NCBI GenBank assembly: GCA_043727115.1
Contig: JAYSZA010000043.1
Span: 975 to 64,974, forward strand
Source of the DNA: Candidatus Saccharimonadota bacterium
GTDB taxonomy: Bacteria > Patescibacteriota > Saccharimonadia > Saccharimonadales > SZUA-47
Length of the DNA: 64,000 nucleotides
Direction: 5' to 3'
In this document: in pieces, positions 59,592-64,000 of the stretch
Layout of the letters: the number at the start of each line of letters is the position of its first letter
How positions within the stretch are numbered: position 1 is the first letter of the stretch
The notes under the pieces: model-generated
Seen by the model: the letters and a program-made list of their open reading frames with translations, nothing else
Databases searched by the model: none
What the model was told of the DNA's origin: nothing
Made by a program: the position numbers and the translations under genes

Positions 59592-60479
59592 ATGAGCCTG
59601 AGCCCCGAGAATATTCAACTGATAGTCAATCAAGATTCAGGCAAAGTCCCTGCTAAAATGAAGTCATTGTCTAAACTTGTTAAAGAATACGGTTTGCGTC
59701 TGAAGATGTGCGATGGTCCTGATCTGGATAATACTATTCGTGAGGCTTTAAGAAACAAAAAACTGAAACGGATTATTATCGGTGGCGGCGATGGTTCAAT
59801 CAGTCTGACAGCAAGCTTGGTTCGCCGCATTAAACCTAACGTTGAAGTTGCAATTCTGCCTCTCGGAACTGCTAATTATTATGCCAAATCTCTGGGCGTT
59901 ACCCGCAGTTTAGCGCAAGCATTTGAAGTAGCAATGGGAAGTAATACTGAGCAGAGACATTTATGTCGTGCCAACAAAAGAGACTTCCTGATAGGCGTCA
60001 ACGTCGGCGCAACTTCGCAGATGTTTTCTGAGGTCACAGATGAAGACAAGAAGCGATATGGAAAACTGGCCTATTTCAACGGGATTGCTAAGGTATTCTT
60101 CCGCTCGTCAGCACCCGATTTAGAAGTCAGAGCAAATGGCAAAAAGTACTTCTACACCAGCACGGAGCTGGTCGTACTGAACCAATATATGCCAGACTCT
60201 ATTCATATAACACCGAAAGTTTCTGGTGCTGAACCTTACTTTGAAATTATCACCTATGGTCTAGGCAACAATAGCTTCTCACCTTTTTTCGCTGCCGCTA
60301 TATTCGCCTTAAGCTTGGGTAGAAATCAAAAATATCTGAAGCGTATCAGAGCAACCAAAGCAGAAATTAGAAGTCGCAAACAGCAGCCTGTTGCGATTGA
60401 CGGTGATAGCATGGAGCGGTTGCCTCTAAAGGTTGAATTAATCAAAAAACCGGTGACTTTTGTCCGGTCAGACGACTAG
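59592..60479 (+). CDS. Diacylglycerol/lipid kinase family protein (YegS/DgkB-like)
   Basis: N..SG, GGGDGS, LPLGTAN, G.LAY and IDGD. Confidence 0.88.
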   Translation: MSLSPENIQLIVNQDSGKVPAKMKSLSKLVKEYGLRLKMCDGPDLDNTIREALRNKKLKRIIIGGGDGSISLTASLVRRIKPNVEVAILPLGTANYYAKSLGVTRSLAQAFEVAMGSNTEQRHLCRANKRDFLIGVNVGATSQMFSEVTDEDKKRYGKLAYFNGIAKVFFRSSAPDLEVRANGKKYFYTSTELVVLNQYMPDSIHITPKVSGAEPYFEIITYGLGNNSFSPFFAAAIFALSLGRNQKYLKRIRATKAEIRSRKQQPVAIDGDSMERLPLKVELIKKPVTFVRSDD

Positions 60480-60560
60480 AGAATGGAGTTAATTTCTACA
60501 AATCTTGTATTAGAACCGTAATTCACTATACTGAGAACAAAGATAGAGAGGTTACTCATA

Positions 60561-61694
60561 ATGAAAGAACTTACGGTTACACTGCAAGAAAAACGTGCTT
60601 TAGCAATTGCAACTTTGATAGCGATTATATTTGGTGCGTATTTTTTAAGCTCCTTTTTCATACTGGTTGTTTTGGCAGGAATTCTCTCCTACTTGTTCAG
60701 CCCGTTATATAACAGGCTATCCAAAAGGATGAGCAGCTCATCAGCTTCCGCAATAGTACTGCTCATTAGTATATTGGCTGTCGTGGGACCACTCACTTTG
60801 ATTATAATTTTCGCTGGCGTACAAGTTAGTAATAATATTAATTCTCTTGCTAACTCGTTGTCGGGCTCTAGCCTAACTAATACGGGCTCTAGGATTATTG
60901 AGATTGTTAATGATTTTCTTGATTCGATACCATTCGTTAACTTCACTGTTACGGAACAGTCCCTGATCGATGGAGTTAAAAGTATCTCGCAAACAGCCGG
61001 TTCATATTTATTAGACGTAGCTAGCGGGGTTGCGTCAAGCATCCTTGGGTTCATAACAGCAAGCATTATATATATGTATGTTTTTGTATCACTTTTGCGC
61101 AACGGCCGGACTTTGATCACGATCTTCCGCAAACTTAACCCATTGGGCGATGAGATTTCTAACCTATATCTAGAAAAAATTGGTGCTATGGTTCGAGGCA
61201 CAGTCCAGGGCCAGTTCATAATCGCAATAGTTCAGGGATTTCTAGGGGCATTAACTTTCGCGTTGCTTGGTTACCCAGAGTTCTTCTTCATTTTGTTCGT
61301 TGTTTTCTCTGCCATGTCGGTAATACCGTTAGGAGCCGGGATAATTTCAATACCAGCGGCAATAGTTATGGCGCTATTTGGGCAGGTATGGCAGGGGATT
61401 GTGATCATACTTCAGCATATTTTGATAAATTCAAATATTGATAATATTCTTCGCCCGATTCTTGTACCAAAAAAGGCAAGACTTGATGCTGCTTTGATGC
61501 TCCTGTCGGTATTCGCAGGAATTAGGCTGTTTGGATTTCTGGGGATTGTTATAGGACCTACTATTATGATAATTATAGTCACTACAATTAGGGTCTATCT
61601 GGATGTTTATGAAGATTATGGAAGCAGTTTTGATGCAGCCGAGAAACCACGCAAATCTAAGCTGTGGTTTCTCAAAAGAAAACAAAAAGCCTGA
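60561..61694 (+). CDS. AI-2E (PerM) family transporter
   Basis: P.Y..L, GQ, IP..G, DNILRP and GFLGIVIGP; multi-TM. Confidence 0.9.
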   Translation: MKELTVTLQEKRALAIATLIAIIFGAYFLSSFFILVVLAGILSYLFSPLYNRLSKRMSSSSASAIVLLISILAVVGPLTLIIIFAGVQVSNNINSLANSLSGSSLTNTGSRIIEIVNDFLDSIPFVNFTVTEQSLIDGVKSISQTAGSYLLDVASGVASSILGFITASIIYMYVFVSLLRNGRTLITIFRKLNPLGDEISNLYLEKIGAMVRGTVQGQFIIAIVQGFLGALTFALLGYPEFFFILFVVFSAMSVIPLGAGIISIPAAIVMALFGQVWQGIVIILQHILINSNIDNILRPILVPKKARLDAALMLLSVFAGIRLFGFLGIVIGPTIMIIIVTTIRVYLDVYEDYGSSFDAAEKPRKSKLWFLKRKQKA

Positions 61695-61790
61695 GCCTAA
61701 TCTGTATTTGTCAGGGCTATCCATTAGCAGTATAGTTAGGGTTAGCACTGTATATTTAAGCTCTAAGATTCGGGGAAAAGGATTCTAGAT

Positions 61791-62762
61791 ATGGAACAAG
61801 AAAATCAGAAACCTGTAGAAACAGAGAATACTGTAAATAATGTTGCTCCGGAGGGTTCTGTCCCACCAGCTGAAGTTTCGGCATCAGCCCAAGCTATAAA
61901 GACAAACAAAGGTAATAAATGGATATTCCCAGTTTTGGCTGTTGCTCTACTATGCGCAATAGGAGGCGGTGCCTGGTTCTTGTTCAGGGGCGATAAGCCA
62001 GCTGAAAATAACAGCACCAGAATCGTGCCTGCAATCAATAGCTATGATGAATGTGTTGCCGCTGGATATCCTATTATGGAGAGCTTCCCAGAGCAGTGTG
62101 GTGTCCCAGGTGGTCAGACATTCGTAAACACAAAAGCAGTGACAGCGGAAGAAACATCCGAAATCGAAGAATCAGAAGAGGTTGCGTTGGAGTGTACGGA
62201 TGACGAAACATTATTTGCCGACAATGAATTTGGAGCAGCATTTTGCTATCCAACAGAGTGGGGTTCCGCATCAGTTATGGATGCAAAAGTAGATGTGTCT
62301 GATACTGGTTACCGAGAAGCAGTTCGCTTTTCTGCAAATACGAAATTCATAGTTGGTGGGACAAGTGAGGACTGGTCAACCACTGTTGGTCGTGGTGTTG
62401 GCTGCAAGGAACCCAATAATGTCGTTCCAGAACTTAGTAGCTATGATACAGACTGGCACGATTTTTCTGGTGAGGGTATGGCTATAGAGTTTGCGTCCAG
62501 AAGTATTGCTACGAACGAAGGTGGCTATGACATTACGGAGACAGTATCGAATATGCTAGAAGTCGGTGTATGTGTGCAGGGGCACAAAGTAATCGACGGA
62601 TCTAGATACAGGGTGCTCTTCGAAGCATTTTTCACAGATTTTTCCGAAACATCAGGCATTACTACACCAAAAGCACATATCGATAATTCAAACGTTCTGT
62701 TCACGGACAAAGAAAGAGCTCAGTTTGATTCCTTGCTTGCGTCAGCCACCAGCACTAATTAG
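61791..62762 (+). CDS. Membrane-anchored hypothetical protein
   Basis: Single TM, then a small Cys motif (INSYDECVAAGYPIMESFPEQC) and an acidic extracellular domain. Confidence 0.7.
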   Translation: MEQENQKPVETENTVNNVAPEGSVPPAEVSASAQAIKTNKGNKWIFPVLAVALLCAIGGGAWFLFRGDKPAENNSTRIVPAINSYDECVAAGYPIMESFPEQCGVPGGQTFVNTKAVTAEETSEIEESEEVALECTDDETLFADNEFGAAFCYPTEWGSASVMDAKVDVSDTGYREAVRFSANTKFIVGGTSEDWSTTVGRGVGCKEPNNVVPELSSYDTDWHDFSGEGMAIEFASRSIATNEGGYDITETVSNMLEVGVCVQGHKVIDGSRYRVLFEAFFTDFSETSGITTPKAHIDNSNVLFTDKERAQFDSLLASATSTN

Positions 62763-62771
62763 TTGATAAAA

Positions 62772-63581
62772 CTAACTAGTGGTCTTTGTGCGGAATAGGT
62801 GAGAAGCGGTTGGAACTGCAACTATTAAAATTATGAGACTCCACATTACAGCCAGCCAGCCGTAATTTCCGATAGGTGTACCTAGTATGAGAGCTCGGAT
62901 AGCCTCCACGACCTGTGTTATGGGCTGGTTTTCTGCAAAAGCTCTTAGGTATGTACCCATCCCATCTGTTGGACTGAAGGCGCTAGACGCAAATGTTAGA
63001 GGGAATATGATGACAAAAGTTAGCCACTGAACAGCCTCTACACTTTTAGCCATGACACCGATGATAGCTGATAACCAAGAAAACGAGAAGGTGAAGAGAA
63101 GTAGTATTCCTACAATTTGTAGCCATTCAAAAGCGCTAGCCTCTGGGCGGAACCCAATAACGAGTCCTGCGAGCAACATGACGACAGTAGAAATTGTGTT
63201 TCGAAAAATATCTGAAACAACATGACCATTTAAAACTGCCAAATTTGCCATAGGTAGACTACGGAATCTATCAACAATACCTTTTTTCAAATCATTCGTG
63301 ACGGCTATCGCAGTTGTTGTCGAACCAAATGAAACGGTCTGAACGATGATTCCAGCCATCAAAAAGTTAATATAGCTAACACCAGGAGGAAGTGCTTTTT
63401 CGATTGCTCCGCCAAAAACAGATGCGAATAGTACAAGGAACATTATTGGCTGGAAGAACGCGCCAAGGAGTTGGTCGGTGTTACGTAGAATGTGCGTGCT
63501 GCTGCGCTTTATCATTAACATTGAATCAAGAAACATTAGATAGAGTTTTGATTTTTTCTGGAACACTAATTCGACGGCCAT
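62772..63581 (-). CDS. ABC-2 type exporter permease (DrrB-like)
   Basis: QPIMFL.LF..VFGG, GIVDRFRSLP, PLTFASSAF.P and QPIT. Confidence 0.9.
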   Translation of the reverse strand: MAVELVFQKKSKLYLMFLDSMLMIKRSSTHILRNTDQLLGAFFQPIMFLVLFASVFGGAIEKALPPGVSYINFLMAGIIVQTVSFGSTTTAIAVTNDLKKGIVDRFRSLPMANLAVLNGHVVSDIFRNTISTVVMLLAGLVIGFRPEASAFEWLQIVGILLLFTFSFSWLSAIIGVMAKSVEAVQWLTFVIIFPLTFASSAFSPTDGMGTYLRAFAENQPITQVVEAIRALILGTPIGNYGWLAVMWSLIILIVAVPTASHLFRTKTTS

Positions 63582-64000
63582 TATTTTGCTCCTTTGCTTG
63601 ATTTATCGGTTAGGCTTAGGAATACATCATCTAGTGTTGGTTTATGTATATCAATAGACGTTATTTGGATATGTTTTGCATTCAGTTTGTCTAGTATTTC
63701 TCTGACGTCTTCTCCGGTATTGTTTAATTTCACGGTTACTGTAAGTTCATCGACGTGCTTGTCGAACACTGATTTGCCTAACAATTTTGTGGCTTCTTGG
63801 AATGATTTGTCATTGCCCAAAGTCAGTACAAGCTGGTCTTTTCCAATTTTGCTCTTTAGCTCTGCTGCTGTTCCTTCAGCGACAACTCTACCGTCATTAA
63901 TAAGTATAATTTTGTCGGCTAGCTGGTCGGCTTCTTCTAGATACTGTGTAGTAAGCAAGATGGTTGTACCACGTTTCATGAGGTTTTTGATAATCTCCCA
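63581..64000 (-). CDS. ABC exporter ATPase (DrrA-like), 5'-truncated by the window edge
   Basis: Frame open to the window end; TILLTTQYLEEADQL and PTLDDVFL.LT. Confidence 0.9.
   Translation of the reverse strand, partial: WEIIKNLMKRGTTILLTTQYLEEADQLADKIILINDGRVVAEGTAAELKSKIGKDQLVLTLGNDKSFQEATKLLGKSVFDKHVDELTVTVKLNNTGEDVREILDKLNAKHIQITSIDIHKPTLDDVFLSLTDKSSKGAK

Noticed and set aside
63431-63439. gtacaagga match to the REP arm inside the ABC permease gene
   Set aside because: Only 9 nt, with no second arm; compatible with chance.

Overview
This window is the replication-origin region of a small, compact bacterial genome, most likely Candidatus Saccharibacteria (CPR/Patescibacteria). That assignment is inferred from gene content and architecture, not from a database search. 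From left to right it holds: recF, two inserted ORFs, dnaN, oriC, dnaA, rpmH, rnpA, yidC and jag; a large secreted SGNH hydrolase; and a REP-associated (HUH/Y1) tyrosine transposase bracketed by two near-identical 29-bp palindromes. Next comes a ~40 kb cell-surface glycan cluster (Wzm/Wzt, GT2/GT4/GT-C transferases, GtrA flippases, rmlABCD, PMM, glmS, priming transferase) interleaved with secreted repeat proteins. The right end has a LexA DNA-binding-domain-only gene, a divergent upp-like gene, an HNH nuclease-comEC-lamin-tail module and transporters. The most striking signal is two long imperfect DNA hairpins (165 nt and ~180 nt, i.e. 55 and 60 codons) inserted in frame inside otherwise conserved enzymes (a GT4 glycosyltransferase and GlmS). 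They co-occur with the RAYT and with other palindromic elements, including a split AT-rich inverted repeat enclosing cargo genes between dnaN and recF. Also notable are pervasive -10 boxes 6-8 nt before start codons (leaderless architecture), a recurrent VLG motif before C-terminal anchors, and a shared ~50-aa repeat in three secreted proteins.
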